From the IMG/VR virus record IMGVR_UViG_3300008262_003210: a stretch of DNA of 64,000 bases; one strand, given 5' to 3'. This document shows positions 8,581-18,768 of the stretch, one piece after another. The position numbers and the translations under genes are program-made. Position 1 is the stretch's first letter, and each line of letters starts with the position of its first letter. The notes beneath the pieces are model-generated. The model ran no database searches and was not told where the DNA came from. It saw nothing but the letters and a program-made list of their open reading frames with translations. Source of the stretch: a virus. Its lineage: Duplodnaviria > Caudoviricetes.

Positions 8581-10113
8581 TTAAAGAATCAAACATTCAA
8601 CAAGTTTGACGTTGTCAGATGTGTTAGATTCTAATGCTATAGCAAATGTATCTGCATTATCTATAGTAACATTAGTATCAACAGATGATTTAGCTGTACC
8701 GTTTGGTCCTGCTACCATCCTATCTCCTTTTTTAACTGCACCAGATACTTTAACCGGAACACGCCCCTTAAGTGCGATAAATGTTCCGCCGGCCAATTCT
8801 GCATTCATCATGTAAGCTGGATTAGCTGAAACTGCCCCAATTGCTCTATCGCCGTTTTGACAGGCTGTAACTTCTTGTTCTCCACCTACTGTAACAACAG
8901 TACCTGTTTCATACTCTTGGTCTGCTAGATATTTTTCAGCCAAGTCAGCATAATTAGCTGCTGTTGCTGTTCCTACAAAGTAAGTTGCTTTCAGAGCACC
9001 TGCTGTGATATTTACACCGTTAATAACTTCAGTACTGTTTGTTCTAACTGCAATAGACCCAGATGACGAAGCTGAACTTGCAGTTCTATAATCGTCTGCA
9101 GCAACGTATAGCGAATCTGATCTTGTTGATGTACCAGCAAATGTTACTGCATTTACTGTTTTAAATCGTAATGCACCGCTACCAATATCTGATTGATTAT
9201 CTACACCTGGTAATATATCTGATCCAACTAACTGTAATGGAGTTTTTGTTGCAGCTCCAACTGTTGTTTGAAATTTGATAGTATCATTTAATTGATTTTG
9301 TATTACTGGAAATGTAGTTAAACCAGTTGTATTATTAAAAACACGTAATCTTGGTGTGTCTCCTACAGTAAATCCAGCGTCACTGAAACCAACTAAACTA
9401 TTAAATACTGCACTTCCTTTTTGAACAAAATTTTCTGCTAGTACACCGCCCAAGCGGTCTGAGTTAGTTGCAGTTCCCCAAAATCTATGATTAGCATTAA
9501 CTGTTTGTCCTAGGAATGTATCGTTATTTGTATAAGCAAGGGTAATACCTTGCTGTATTTTTGTAAATCCGTTAATAGAACTAGTTGTAGGATCTAAAGT
9601 AAATGTAGAATCTGCACTGACTACAAAGATAGTGTCGCCGTCAACGACAGCTTCAATAATTGCGTGGGTTGCACTTAATGTATCACGTACACTACGACTA
9701 CGCATTTGTGTAGTTTGGCTTCCAGCAACACCCTGAGGTCCAACTAATATGTAGCTTGCACCATCCCATGTATACAGTTGTTTATTTTGTGTGTCCCACC
9801 AAAAATCTCCAATTGTTAATCCTGTAGGTGCGCTAGACCCAAGTTCTGCGCCACCGGTTGTACGGAATTTTGCTCCATCGTAGAATTTAAGTTTGCTGTT
9901 GCCAGTGTCATACCATAATTGGCCAGGTAAAGGCTTTGGTGGTTGATTAGTGTTTGCAAAATTCTCAAGCAAAAACAGGAAATTTTCATTCTGAACTTCC
10001 CCGTAACCAGCATAATTTTTGCCAATCAGTTTAAGATCTGTGGAACTGTCAATTGTGCCGTCAGCTACTGTGGCAACAACTTGTCCGTTATATTTGTTAA
10101 TGGTGTATGGCAT
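8581..10113 (-). CDS. tail fibre/spike with a C-terminal intramolecular chaperone-like domain
   Basis: Shared fibre N-domain (GKNY..ENF..LLENFA..GQLWYD); C-terminal ANYADLAEKY...GTVVTVGGEQEVT...ALKGRVPVKV of autocleaving chaperone-type domains. Confidence 0.7.
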   Translation of the reverse strand: MPYTINKYNGQVVATVADGTIDSSTDLKLIGKNYAGYGEVQNENFLFLLENFANTNQPPKPLPGQLWYDTGNSKLKFYDGAKFRTTGGAELGSSAPTGLTIGDFWWDTQNKQLYTWDGASYILVGPQGVAGSQTTQMRSRSVRDTLSATHAIIEAVVDGDTIFVVSADSTFTLDPTTSSINGFTKIQQGITLAYTNNDTFLGQTVNANHRFWGTATNSDRLGGVLAENFVQKGSAVFNSLVGFSDAGFTVGDTPRLRVFNNTTGLTTFPVIQNQLNDTIKFQTTVGAATKTPLQLVGSDILPGVDNQSDIGSGALRFKTVNAVTFAGTSTRSDSLYVAADDYRTASSASSSGSIAVRTNSTEVINGVNITAGALKATYFVGTATAANYADLAEKYLADQEYETGTVVTVGGEQEVTACQNGDRAIGAVSANPAYMMNAELAGGTFIALKGRVPVKVSGAVKKGDRMVAGPNGTAKSSVDTNVTIDNADTFAIALESNTSDNVKLVECLIL

Positions 10114-10136
10114 TTTCCTCTATTCCTTATTCCTTA

Positions 10137-10144
10137 TATTTATA
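10137..10144 (-). promoter_or_regulatory. T4-type late promoter
   Basis: exact TATAAATA on the minus strand upstream of 10113. Confidence 0.7.
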
Positions 10145-10160
10145 CTGGTTTGGGCTTACT

Positions 10161-11822
10161 TTAAATGTCCGTTTGATATGTCCATACTGGCCCAATAAGT
10201 TTGTATTCCTTAGAAATACCTGTATCTAAACAATAAACTCGTAAAAATGTGTCTTCATCGTGGTCTGCTGGTGGAAAAATTTTAGTTAAAATTGTTCCAG
10301 CTAATTGTGCTTCTGTTAATGCACCAATGTTTACGCTAAATCCTAAACTTGCTTGACGTACTTTGTTGTCAACATAGTTTTTGTTTGTTGCATCTGTTCC
10401 TGTAGTCGGTGTATCAACATCAGAAATTCGTTTTGAGCTGACACTAACTACACCTGTTCCCTTTGGTGTTAGTGTAATATTACCTGCTGGAATACTAGGA
10501 TTTACAAAACTAATAGTACTGTCGTTGATATTGATATTATCAATTTGTAGTTGATTTAACGTACCTATAGAATTCAAACCTAATGCACTAGTTACTGTTG
10601 TTCCTAAGGCTGTTTGTGAAAGAACTTCAAATGCATTAATTTTATATACATTACCAGTAGCTAAATTTAAGTTTTCACTTGATGTCCACGAATCAGTTGA
10701 AGCTGCCCAAGTTAAAGTTTTATTAGTTGTTCCTGCAAGGCTTATGCCGCCGCCTTCAGCAGTACTGTCTGTAGGAGTATCTACTTTTCCTAACTCAATT
10801 AACAAATCTTCAATGACAATATTTGAAGTGTTAATTGTGGTGGTCAAGCCTTCTACTGTTAAATTTCCTCTAATTCTTGTATCTCCAGATACGTCTAACG
10901 TAGCAGTTGGCGATGCAGTATATAAACCTATATATTGACTTTGTGCATTAATATAGATACTAGGTAATAAACCAACATTGTTTAGACTTTGTATGGCGAA
11001 ATTTTGATTCGCAACATTAGAGTTAATTTGAAAAGAGTTGCCAACGATTTGTACTTCCGTATTCTGATTAGTTCCTAAAACCAATGGATTTCCATTAAGG
11101 ATACGAATAGTGCCGTTGGAAATTGTAAAACCGTCAGCAGGATCTACTTGTAAAAAACTTTGAGCATCTTTAAAAGAACCATCTTCCGCAATTAAACCGT
11201 CTGCTTGACTAGATGGCACATTGAATTTTAATCCGCTTACATTGGCTGCATTAAATCCAACTTTTATGTCTCCAATATAACCTGGTATTTCAGTTGCTGG
11301 AGTAAAAGGTACTATTGCACTACTGAATATTCCTAATAAAACTTGTCCGCAGTATAAAAATAAAGTGGTATGATTAATTTGATTAGTATCAACTATATCA
11401 ACTACATTCCAACCAGACAATCCTTGTTGTGCTGTATATATAGGACCAGCTAATAAATTAGCAGTCCCATCATTAAAAAACATTCGTTGGGTGGCTGTAT
11501 CAATCCAAATATCACCCGACGATATACCGCTTGGTATAGTTGAACTTACTATGGTTCCACCAGTAACCTTAAAACCTGTTCCGTCGTAGACTTTTAAACG
11601 GCCTTCAGTTGTGTCATACCATAATTGCCCTTCTGTTGGTCTGTTAGGCTGACTAGTATTAGCAAAATTTTCTAGTAGTTTAATAAAGTTTTCATTAAAC
11701 AACTCTCCATAACTAGTGGAATTTTTGCCTATTAATGTCAAATCAGTAGTAACCTGATCAATTGTTCCGTCTACAACTTCAGTTAAAACCGTTCCGTTGG
11801 TTTTGTTAATAATATAACTCAT
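10161..11822 (-). CDS. tail fibre protein (paralogue 2)
   Basis: Same N-terminal domain as its neighbours; beta-rich fibre-like body. Confidence 0.65.
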   Translation of the reverse strand: MSYIINKTNGTVLTEVVDGTIDQVTTDLTLIGKNSTSYGELFNENFIKLLENFANTSQPNRPTEGQLWYDTTEGRLKVYDGTGFKVTGGTIVSSTIPSGISSGDIWIDTATQRMFFNDGTANLLAGPIYTAQQGLSGWNVVDIVDTNQINHTTLFLYCGQVLLGIFSSAIVPFTPATEIPGYIGDIKVGFNAANVSGLKFNVPSSQADGLIAEDGSFKDAQSFLQVDPADGFTISNGTIRILNGNPLVLGTNQNTEVQIVGNSFQINSNVANQNFAIQSLNNVGLLPSIYINAQSQYIGLYTASPTATLDVSGDTRIRGNLTVEGLTTTINTSNIVIEDLLIELGKVDTPTDSTAEGGGISLAGTTNKTLTWAASTDSWTSSENLNLATGNVYKINAFEVLSQTALGTTVTSALGLNSIGTLNQLQIDNININDSTISFVNPSIPAGNITLTPKGTGVVSVSSKRISDVDTPTTGTDATNKNYVDNKVRQASLGFSVNIGALTEAQLAGTILTKIFPPADHDEDTFLRVYCLDTGISKEYKLIGPVWTYQTDI

Positions 11823-13990
11823 TATATTTCACCAGTAAAAATAATATAATTGATCGTTGCATATGGATTCATAGCATTAAAAGGTTGACCAATTGTTGGG
11901 CTAATAACATTTCCACTGTTTCTTAATCCTGAACCCGAACCTGAAGCATTGCCTAGTCCTGGATCTGCTGCTGGATCTGCGCCTGCGCCTGGAAGTCCAG
12001 CTGCATAATATTGAGCAAATCCGCTATTAAGATTGTGTTTATGATCAGGAAGATTACTAACAGACAACGTTCTAAATTCGCCTGCTGTGGTTCCAGCTCC
12101 TAATGTATCTGCAACAATGTCTGTTACACGATTGGCATTGCCGCCGCCTGCCGGAATATCAACAGTTGGATCGTCCTTTGCTGGAACTTTTCTTGGTTGA
12201 CCCGACAACGGATCAAGATTTTGCATATTATCTCTACCAAGCGGAAATCTTCCTCGAAGATCTGGAAGTGCAAACGTTGCTTTTCCTATTAACAAGCTAG
12301 GAGACTTATATGTATACCCAATAACAGCATATAAATTTGAATAGTCACCAATTAAAACTTCGCAACCATCGCAAAGTAAATATCCTGTAGGAGGTACTGA
12401 ACCTGCAAATGGAAAAATTGCGCCAACTGGAACAATAGGAATATTTTGAATAAATGTTTGTTTAGATACTTTTCTTAATCCTATTCCCGATCTATAAACT
12501 AATAGCTCGTCACTTAAAAAACTATCTAATGTTTCTGTCTTAGTAGCAATTACGTCTTGTGTAATTGTTGTAAAAAATCTTTGATATCCCGAAGGAGTTG
12601 TGCCTCCTTGAGGTAACTGTCCGTCAAATACAACATCAGATGTTGTTTCAATATCTCCTCGTATTTGAAAACGAGTTGGACTAGCCAATTTAACAGCACT
12701 ACCACTAATGTTTCCTGATAAACTACCTGTAAAAGCACCGTTAAAGTTACCAACAAACGACTGAGCGTAAATATTTCTAAATCTTCTCGTGCTTGTTCCT
12801 AAATCGTATAAATCAGTTGCATCATCGCTTGATGGTTGAATAACCACTCCAGCTGTTGGATCACCGTTTAAGTCTAAATTGTTAAAATGAATACCGCCAT
12901 TAATACTAACATCGCCACCAAATTGACTTTGTTTGTTAACACTTAATCCACCATTAGTTGAAATACTGCCAACACCTAAAACTGTTGCGTCAGTAGTTCC
13001 CAATACAATTAAATTTCCGTCTGAAGTTATATTACCTGCTACATCTAGTGCTTCTACTGGGTTAGTATTATCAGGTCCAATACCAACATATCCGTTAGCA
13101 TCAATATGAACTGCTGTTACATTGGTACCATTGTTGTTTAATTTAAATTCTATATAATTGCCGCTTGTTTTTGATATAAACAAAGTAGAATTAACATCTG
13201 TTGCAATATTAAAACTCTTATTACTTCCAATACTAATACCACCATTGTTAGCAATGTTTAATGGAGAATTAGTTGTTTGTTCAATATCTTTTCTAACAAA
13301 ATTTTCAGCATTAACAGTATTACCTAGCACGACTAAAGCATCTGCTTGACTAGCTGTCCCCCAAAATTTTGTTGGAGCAGTTGTACTAGTTGAATCAACA
13401 GTTGATAAATTTATACCTTGGCCAACACTAGGAAACCCTGCAATAGAAGTCTTAGGCGTAAATGATGCCTTGCTAATCATTGCTATTCGATTATTTTCTG
13501 AATATATTGTAACAACACTATGGTCAACGTTGCTGGTGTCTGTAATTGTTTCAATATCAGGGCCAGTCTTTAAACCTGAACTAAACTGAGGACCAACTAA
13601 CAGCCAATTTGAACCTGAGTACACGTAAACTTGTTGGTTTTCTGTGTCAACCCACAGGTCTCCTTTACTACTGTTAACAACTGCGGGCTCTGATGCAGAT
13701 TTTTTTACTGTGCCTGCAGGAGTCCAGCCTGTGCCGTCGTATACTTTAAGAACATTTTCTCCAGCACTATTGTCATACCATAGTTGACCCTGAATAGGAT
13801 TTGGTGGAGCAGTATTTTTAGCAAAGTTTTCTAATAAATGTAAAAAATTTTCTGCTAGAATAGGAGCATACGCACTATAGTTTTTACCTGGAAACTGTAA
13901 ACTTGTTTCTTGATTAATACTTTGATCTGCTACTGTGATACTTGGTTTAGCAGGATTTGTAGTTTCAGTAAATTTAATTTGATATGGCAT
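11822..13990 (-). CDS. tail fibre with phage tail-collar domain (gp12-like C-terminus)
   Basis: PVGAIFPFAGSVPPTGYLLCDG...FALPDLRGRFPLG collar motif, DHKHN, C-terminal MNPYATINYIIFTG. Confidence 0.8.
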   Translation of the reverse strand: MPYQIKFTETTNPAKPSITVADQSINQETSLQFPGKNYSAYAPILAENFLHLLENFAKNTAPPNPIQGQLWYDNSAGENVLKVYDGTGWTPAGTVKKSASEPAVVNSSKGDLWVDTENQQVYVYSGSNWLLVGPQFSSGLKTGPDIETITDTSNVDHSVVTIYSENNRIAMISKASFTPKTSIAGFPSVGQGINLSTVDSTSTTAPTKFWGTASQADALVVLGNTVNAENFVRKDIEQTTNSPLNIANNGGISIGSNKSFNIATDVNSTLFISKTSGNYIEFKLNNNGTNVTAVHIDANGYVGIGPDNTNPVEALDVAGNITSDGNLIVLGTTDATVLGVGSISTNGGLSVNKQSQFGGDVSINGGIHFNNLDLNGDPTAGVVIQPSSDDATDLYDLGTSTRRFRNIYAQSFVGNFNGAFTGSLSGNISGSAVKLASPTRFQIRGDIETTSDVVFDGQLPQGGTTPSGYQRFFTTITQDVIATKTETLDSFLSDELLVYRSGIGLRKVSKQTFIQNIPIVPVGAIFPFAGSVPPTGYLLCDGCEVLIGDYSNLYAVIGYTYKSPSLLIGKATFALPDLRGRFPLGRDNMQNLDPLSGQPRKVPAKDDPTVDIPAGGGNANRVTDIVADTLGAGTTAGEFRTLSVSNLPDHKHNLNSGFAQYYAAGLPGAGADPAADPGLGNASGSGSGLRNSGNVISPTIGQPFNAMNPYATINYIIFTGEI

Positions 13991-13993
13991 CTG

Positions 13994-14602
13994 TTATACT
14001 CCAGCTAGACCAGTTAAACTTTGAATACGTACAGTATAGTCAATTTGAATTAATCTGTTTAAAGATTTCTGCACAGGATGAAAAATCACATGTGTCAATA
14101 GTAAACTATTACCTGTTGAACTATAAGATTTAAGTCCTAATTCATCAAATACATACAATCCGCTATTGTTATTTGAATTATCAAATGCTTGTTGTCCACT
14201 AGGTTCGCCGTAATCTAATAGGCAAGTTACAAAAACATCAGTATAATTAGTGCCTGTTACATGTCGTGTTTCAATAAAATTACGTGTTGGGTCAACGTTG
14301 TTACTACTTCTGTCATCAACTACTTTAGTGTATGTTTCGTTATAGAGACTAGCATTAGATCCTGTTGAATTCGGAGTTAAGTACGTAACAATGCCCGTTG
14401 GATCAACAGCAGTTCCGCCGTTACCAAAAGCCATTTCATAGACAAAGCCCTGACCACTGTTGGCTAAACTTTGTGCTAGGGCTATACTGATGTTTTCATA
14501 ATGAATGGCATTACGTTTATTGATAAACACTTCACCCGATTCTGGGTTGTAAATTTTTATATGTCCCTCAATATGAACGCCTGTAACGTCTTTACTCTGC
14601 AT
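13994..14602 (-). CDS. putative virion structural protein
   Basis: 202-aa beta-rich ORF preceded by a CTAAATA late motif. Confidence 0.55.
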   Translation of the reverse strand: MQSKDVTGVHIEGHIKIYNPESGEVFINKRNAIHYENISIALAQSLANSGQGFVYEMAFGNGGTAVDPTGIVTYLTPNSTGSNASLYNETYTKVVDDRSSNNVDPTRNFIETRHVTGTNYTDVFVTCLLDYGEPSGQQAFDNSNNNSGLYVFDELGLKSYSSTGNSLLLTHVIFHPVQKSLNRLIQIDYTVRIQSLTGLAGV

Positions 14603-14622
14603 AGTAATCTCTCTTTATTCTA

Positions 14623-14629
14623 TATTTAG
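14623..14629 (-). promoter_or_regulatory. late promoter variant
   Basis: CTAAATA on the minus strand, 20 nt upstream of 14602. Confidence 0.5.
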
Positions 14630-14654
14630 CTGAATTCATTATGTGCTAGTTTAA

Positions 14655-17600
14655 TTAATCCCATGATCCACCTTGTTGCTGCCAAGCACCATCTGTGAAT
14701 ATCAGTGTGCAGAATGCACGACTATTATAATAGCTAGAGTCAGCATCATTGAATATTCTAAATGGAAATAATTGTCCGGTGGTTCCTTGAGAGCCATCTA
14801 TTCTATAGTTGGCTACAATAACATCTATAGAACTAGGATCTATTCCAGTTTGCGGAACTAGATGCATGATCTGACCTTCTATACCGTCGGCTAATGAGTA
14901 CGGGCCGTCTGCTAGTTTGTTCACAGATTTTGTTAAATTTAATGGTACTCGAACTAATTCTGAAACATCAATGTTGGAAGTATTTCCAGGTGTGCCGCCT
15001 AAGTCCCCAGCATCCAGTGTACCAATAACTTGATTAATAGTAAACGTTGCGTTATTGAGAACGCTAGTAATAGTATATATCGGCGATCCACCTACTACTT
15101 GAACAGTAAACACAATGTCACTTCTTGTAAACGGCCCGTAGTTGCCATCAACTAGTGGTGCTGGATATGTGGAATCTCCTAGATAAAGTGGTGCTCTTGC
15201 GGCACTAACTGTGTTAGTCACTGTGCTGTTAACTACAGCACCTGGTATAGTTAGTTTACCAGTTGTACTAAACTCCCATACATTATCATTGGTGCCTATA
15301 GAAATAGCACCACCTAATCCTAGTTTTAGATATTTGCCGTCATTACCAAAATACTGATCGTATACTGCGGTGTCGCCAACGCTGAGATGTAAGTGAGTTG
15401 GATTATCCCCTCCATGTATTCTAAAGTACATGTCTTGGTCAAGATCGGGGCCTGGTGCCAGATTTAATCCTTGAAAACCGTCGTTTGAACCTGTACCTCT
15501 CAAGGTGTTGCCCACCACAGTCAAGTCACCAATTGGTATACTGAGACCGTATCTAGTTGTCACTAAAAAGTTGGTACTTTCATGTGCAAATGTTGGAATA
15601 TCTGTGGTTATGTTTGAAGAATTATCGCTGTCAGTTTTACCACCAGCAGTTACTGTGATGTCCGATGCAGTATTGTTTAATATACCGCTGAAACTAGCAC
15701 CTTTAAAGTCCCAATCGCCTGTGGCAAATAATGTTCCACTGCTACTAACCTGTGCAATAAAGGCCTGCAACGAGAGTGAACCCGGGTCGCCAAATGCGCC
15801 AGATACAGCTACATAGCCATCTTTGACAGCAATATTACTGCCGCCGCCTTGCTGAAACCAGTTACTGCCAAATGACCAAGTTGCAGTATTATCTAATAAA
15901 CGTTGCCATAGTACTTGACCTGAAGTGCTGTACTTGGCTATAACGAATGTATAATCATCAGTAGCATCTGTACCGGTTATGCCTGATAGATATAAGCAGT
16001 TATCTGGGCCTACAACCACGCTGGAAGCAAAATCTTCACAGTCACCTACTACTCTACGACTCCATACCTTAGTGCCATCGTCTTCGAGTTTTATCAGACT
16101 CATTGCGGTATTCCACGGGCCTTCACCATCAGGTCTAGTGTAAGTACCACAGACATAGATATTGCCCGCTGAGTCTATGTCAGCATCTGCTCCTGCACAG
16201 TTAACTCCTTCGTCAAACTCAATGGCCTTTTGCCACGCAATGGTTCCAGTGCTGTCATATTTGACTACCAACATCTTATCAGCAGTATCGTTTCCAGTTA
16301 CAGAACCAACTTTGAGAATCATGTCATCAACGCCTGTAACGCCACCAAACGATACTCCATTGATAGTGCCAATTATACCATCTACTGTTCTATTTCCTAC
16401 ATAGTCTACTATGTTGGTAAATGTTGGAACGCCGTCTACAAAACTAACTGTACAACTAAACTCGCCGCTAATAAAAATTCCTGTGCCTGTTGTCCAGTTA
16501 GGATTGCTCACGGGATCTGTATATAAAGTTGCAGCAGCATCTAGAACCCCTACGTTGTCCATGTAGCCAATAACAACCACTTCGCCTGATGGGCCTATAG
16601 CCATGCCATAAGCGTATTCACCGTTTTGTCCGTCTAATTTTCTACTCCAGATCACCTCACCGGTGTCTTTGTCAACTTTAGTAGTAGTAACGTATGCTTC
16701 GCCATCAAAATAAGCATAGCCTACCATGACAGGGTGGCCGTCACTAGCTACATCTACTACCGCACCAAAACTCTGCGCATTAAAATCATAAGTTTTCAAC
16801 CATATAAAATTGCCGTTGATAGTGTTTAATTTTATTAGCATACTACGGTCGTAACTTGCTTCCGTATCTGATCGGCCGGCTATATATACTGCTTGACTAT
16901 CTACAGCCAATCCCCAACCATCTGTATATAAATCAGCAGTAAGTCTTGCTGACCATAGTTTATTACCAGCAGTATCAAATTTAGCTACGCTGGTATATAT
17001 ACTTACAGGATCAGCATTAGTATCTTCGTGCCGAAAGAGTGCTACAATATTGCCGTCACTATCATATTCTACGCTGGTAGCATATTGTACATTATCACCC
17101 GCTGTATCTGAAACAAATGTTTCTACCCAAACGTTAGTGTCTAAAGAACTGCCTGTTGGGTCTGCGTAAGTGACTTCACCTGTTGTAGTATTATAATAAA
17201 GTGCTTTTGCGGTATTCTCTACTATTTCACGAACAGGTTTAATATACAAACCATCTGCTGTTGGATCAAGAGCAACGCCAGTTGCATTTAGGGTAATACT
17301 GTTGTCTTGAGCAAAATTGCGAGCGGCTCTAGCACCAATAGCAATGGCAAACTCACCTTGTGGATCTTCAAGGTCGTTCCAGCCTGCTTCATAACCAATA
17401 TAGACACCGCCTTGTTTACCGTCGTAACCAACGTCGTTGTTACCAATAGAAATAACTCCACTTCTAATAGGAGTACTAGTATTGCCTAAACTAATTCCAA
17501 CCCCAAGATCGCCAGGGCCTGTGCCCTGCTGATATGTTCTTAATTTAATATCATTGTTGATATCTAGCGAATATCGTATATCGCCTTCATTTGCTGGCGT

Positions 17601-17717
17601 GTAGTCAGTGTTGCCTGTTAATCCATTAACACTTATAGGATCACCATTTGAATCTACAATGTCGTCCCCTGCTTGTATGCTAATGCCGTCTTGGGTTTCA
17701 AATCTTTTAATTGTCAT
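14655..17717 (-). CDS. virion-associated beta-propeller repeat protein (putative receptor-binding)
   Basis: At least six blade repeats of the form K(Y/F/L)DxxGxxxW(S/Q)(R/K); YadA-like AIAIGARA stretch near the N-terminus. Confidence 0.6.
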   Translation of the reverse strand: MTIKRFETQDGISIQAGDDIVDSNGDPISVNGLTGNTDYTPANEGDIRYSLDINNDIKLRTYQQGTGPGDLGVGISLGNTSTPIRSGVISIGNNDVGYDGKQGGVYIGYEAGWNDLEDPQGEFAIAIGARAARNFAQDNSITLNATGVALDPTADGLYIKPVREIVENTAKALYYNTTTGEVTYADPTGSSLDTNVWVETFVSDTAGDNVQYATSVEYDSDGNIVALFRHEDTNADPVSIYTSVAKFDTAGNKLWSARLTADLYTDGWGLAVDSQAVYIAGRSDTEASYDRSMLIKLNTINGNFIWLKTYDFNAQSFGAVVDVASDGHPVMVGYAYFDGEAYVTTTKVDKDTGEVIWSRKLDGQNGEYAYGMAIGPSGEVVVIGYMDNVGVLDAAATLYTDPVSNPNWTTGTGIFISGEFSCTVSFVDGVPTFTNIVDYVGNRTVDGIIGTINGVSFGGVTGVDDMILKVGSVTGNDTADKMLVVKYDSTGTIAWQKAIEFDEGVNCAGADADIDSAGNIYVCGTYTRPDGEGPWNTAMSLIKLEDDGTKVWSRRVVGDCEDFASSVVVGPDNCLYLSGITGTDATDDYTFVIAKYSTSGQVLWQRLLDNTATWSFGSNWFQQGGGSNIAVKDGYVAVSGAFGDPGSLSLQAFIAQVSSSGTLFATGDWDFKGASFSGILNNTASDITVTAGGKTDSDNSSNITTDIPTFAHESTNFLVTTRYGLSIPIGDLTVVGNTLRGTGSNDGFQGLNLAPGPDLDQDMYFRIHGGDNPTHLHLSVGDTAVYDQYFGNDGKYLKLGLGGAISIGTNDNVWEFSTTGKLTIPGAVVNSTVTNTVSAARAPLYLGDSTYPAPLVDGNYGPFTRSDIVFTVQVVGGSPIYTITSVLNNATFTINQVIGTLDAGDLGGTPGNTSNIDVSELVRVPLNLTKSVNKLADGPYSLADGIEGQIMHLVPQTGIDPSSIDVIVANYRIDGSQGTTGQLFPFRIFNDADSSYYNSRAFCTLIFTDGAWQQQGGSWD

Positions 17718-17730
17718 TTCGCTCTTCCTT

Positions 17731-18765
17731 TTAATCTGTTCCGTTTAATTCGGTTATTTGTGTTCTAACATTGAGTGTATCGATTGCACTGACTGGGCTT
17801 GCGGTAATCTCAAAGTTAAAAGTTAATGGGTTATATTGTCCATCGAATGTTGCTATTGGAGCAACTCCAGTATATGTAATACCATATACTGACACGTAAA
17901 TTTCATTTAATGCTTCGTCAATTGTTGCTATAATTTCACACGCTTGCGACTCGTATCCGTTAGTGAATTTTTCAACTAGTGCAAATATTTTAACTGCTCT
18001 AACATAATTTCCATTTGTAGAATAAATTACTGTATCTACACTAGGAGCAATCTGTTCAAAATTAGTTTGTTGATGTACACCGTTTCCTGGATAACTAATC
18101 CTGCCCGATGTATCAAGTATCAATGTTTGATCGCTGGCTGTTAATCTGTCTGCAATTCCAACTTCTTGAGTATCAGCACTTAATACACCATCAGTAATTG
18201 TTAGCCTCGATCCAACTTTAATACCGCCAAGAACAGTTGGCGACGCTGTTGGTAGTGCATATTCTGTTGCTGTAACGCTTACTATTCCCCCAGCATCAAT
18301 TTGAAGTCCGCTACCAATTTTAATACCACCAAGCGCACTACCAGTTGCTTTAGGTAGTGTGTATGCGCCAGGGTCTGCACTTAGAACACCGTCAGCATCA
18401 ATACTAAGGCGATCTCCTACTTTAATTCCACCAAGTATTGTTTGACTAGCTTTTGGCAACTGATAAACACCAACACTAGCCACGCCTTCTTCGTTTACTG
18501 TAATACCTGTACCAATCTTAATTCCGCCCAGATCATTTACAGTAGCAACTTTATTTGTTATTAGCACTTCGCCTGTGGCGGCGCTAATAGCTATTCCGTT
18601 TCCGGCCATTACTTTAGAAACAATACTTAACGGTGCTCCGGATTCTCCTCCAAGAGTGTTGTATAATTCTGTAAAGTTATCGTTGATTTTGCCACCGGCA
18701 ATTCTTAGCGAATCCCCCGAATTGTCATTTGCGGTTGTTCCTACATTGATTACTTTTTTTGCCAT
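17731..18765 (-). CDS. gp9/gp10-like baseplate-fibre connector with four LGGIK(V/I)G repeats
   Basis: N-terminal INVGTTANDNSGDSLRIAGGKINDNFTELY matches the T4 gp9/10 N-terminus. Confidence 0.7.
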   Translation of the reverse strand: MAKKVINVGTTANDNSGDSLRIAGGKINDNFTELYNTLGGESGAPLSIVSKVMAGNGIAISAATGEVLITNKVATVNDLGGIKIGTGITVNEEGVASVGVYQLPKASQTILGGIKVGDRLSIDADGVLSADPGAYTLPKATGSALGGIKIGSGLQIDAGGIVSVTATEYALPTASPTVLGGIKVGSRLTITDGVLSADTQEVGIADRLTASDQTLILDTSGRISYPGNGVHQQTNFEQIAPSVDTVIYSTNGNYVRAVKIFALVEKFTNGYESQACEIIATIDEALNEIYVSVYGITYTGVAPIATFDGQYNPLTFNFEITASPVSAIDTLNVRTQITELNGTD

Positions 18766-18768
18766 ATT

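Noticed and set aside
8581-18765. Diversity-generating retroelement or invertible fibre cassette
   Set aside because: No reverse transcriptase or invertase, and no near-identical nucleotide repeat pair or flanking inverted repeats seen; the paralogy is old and protein-level.
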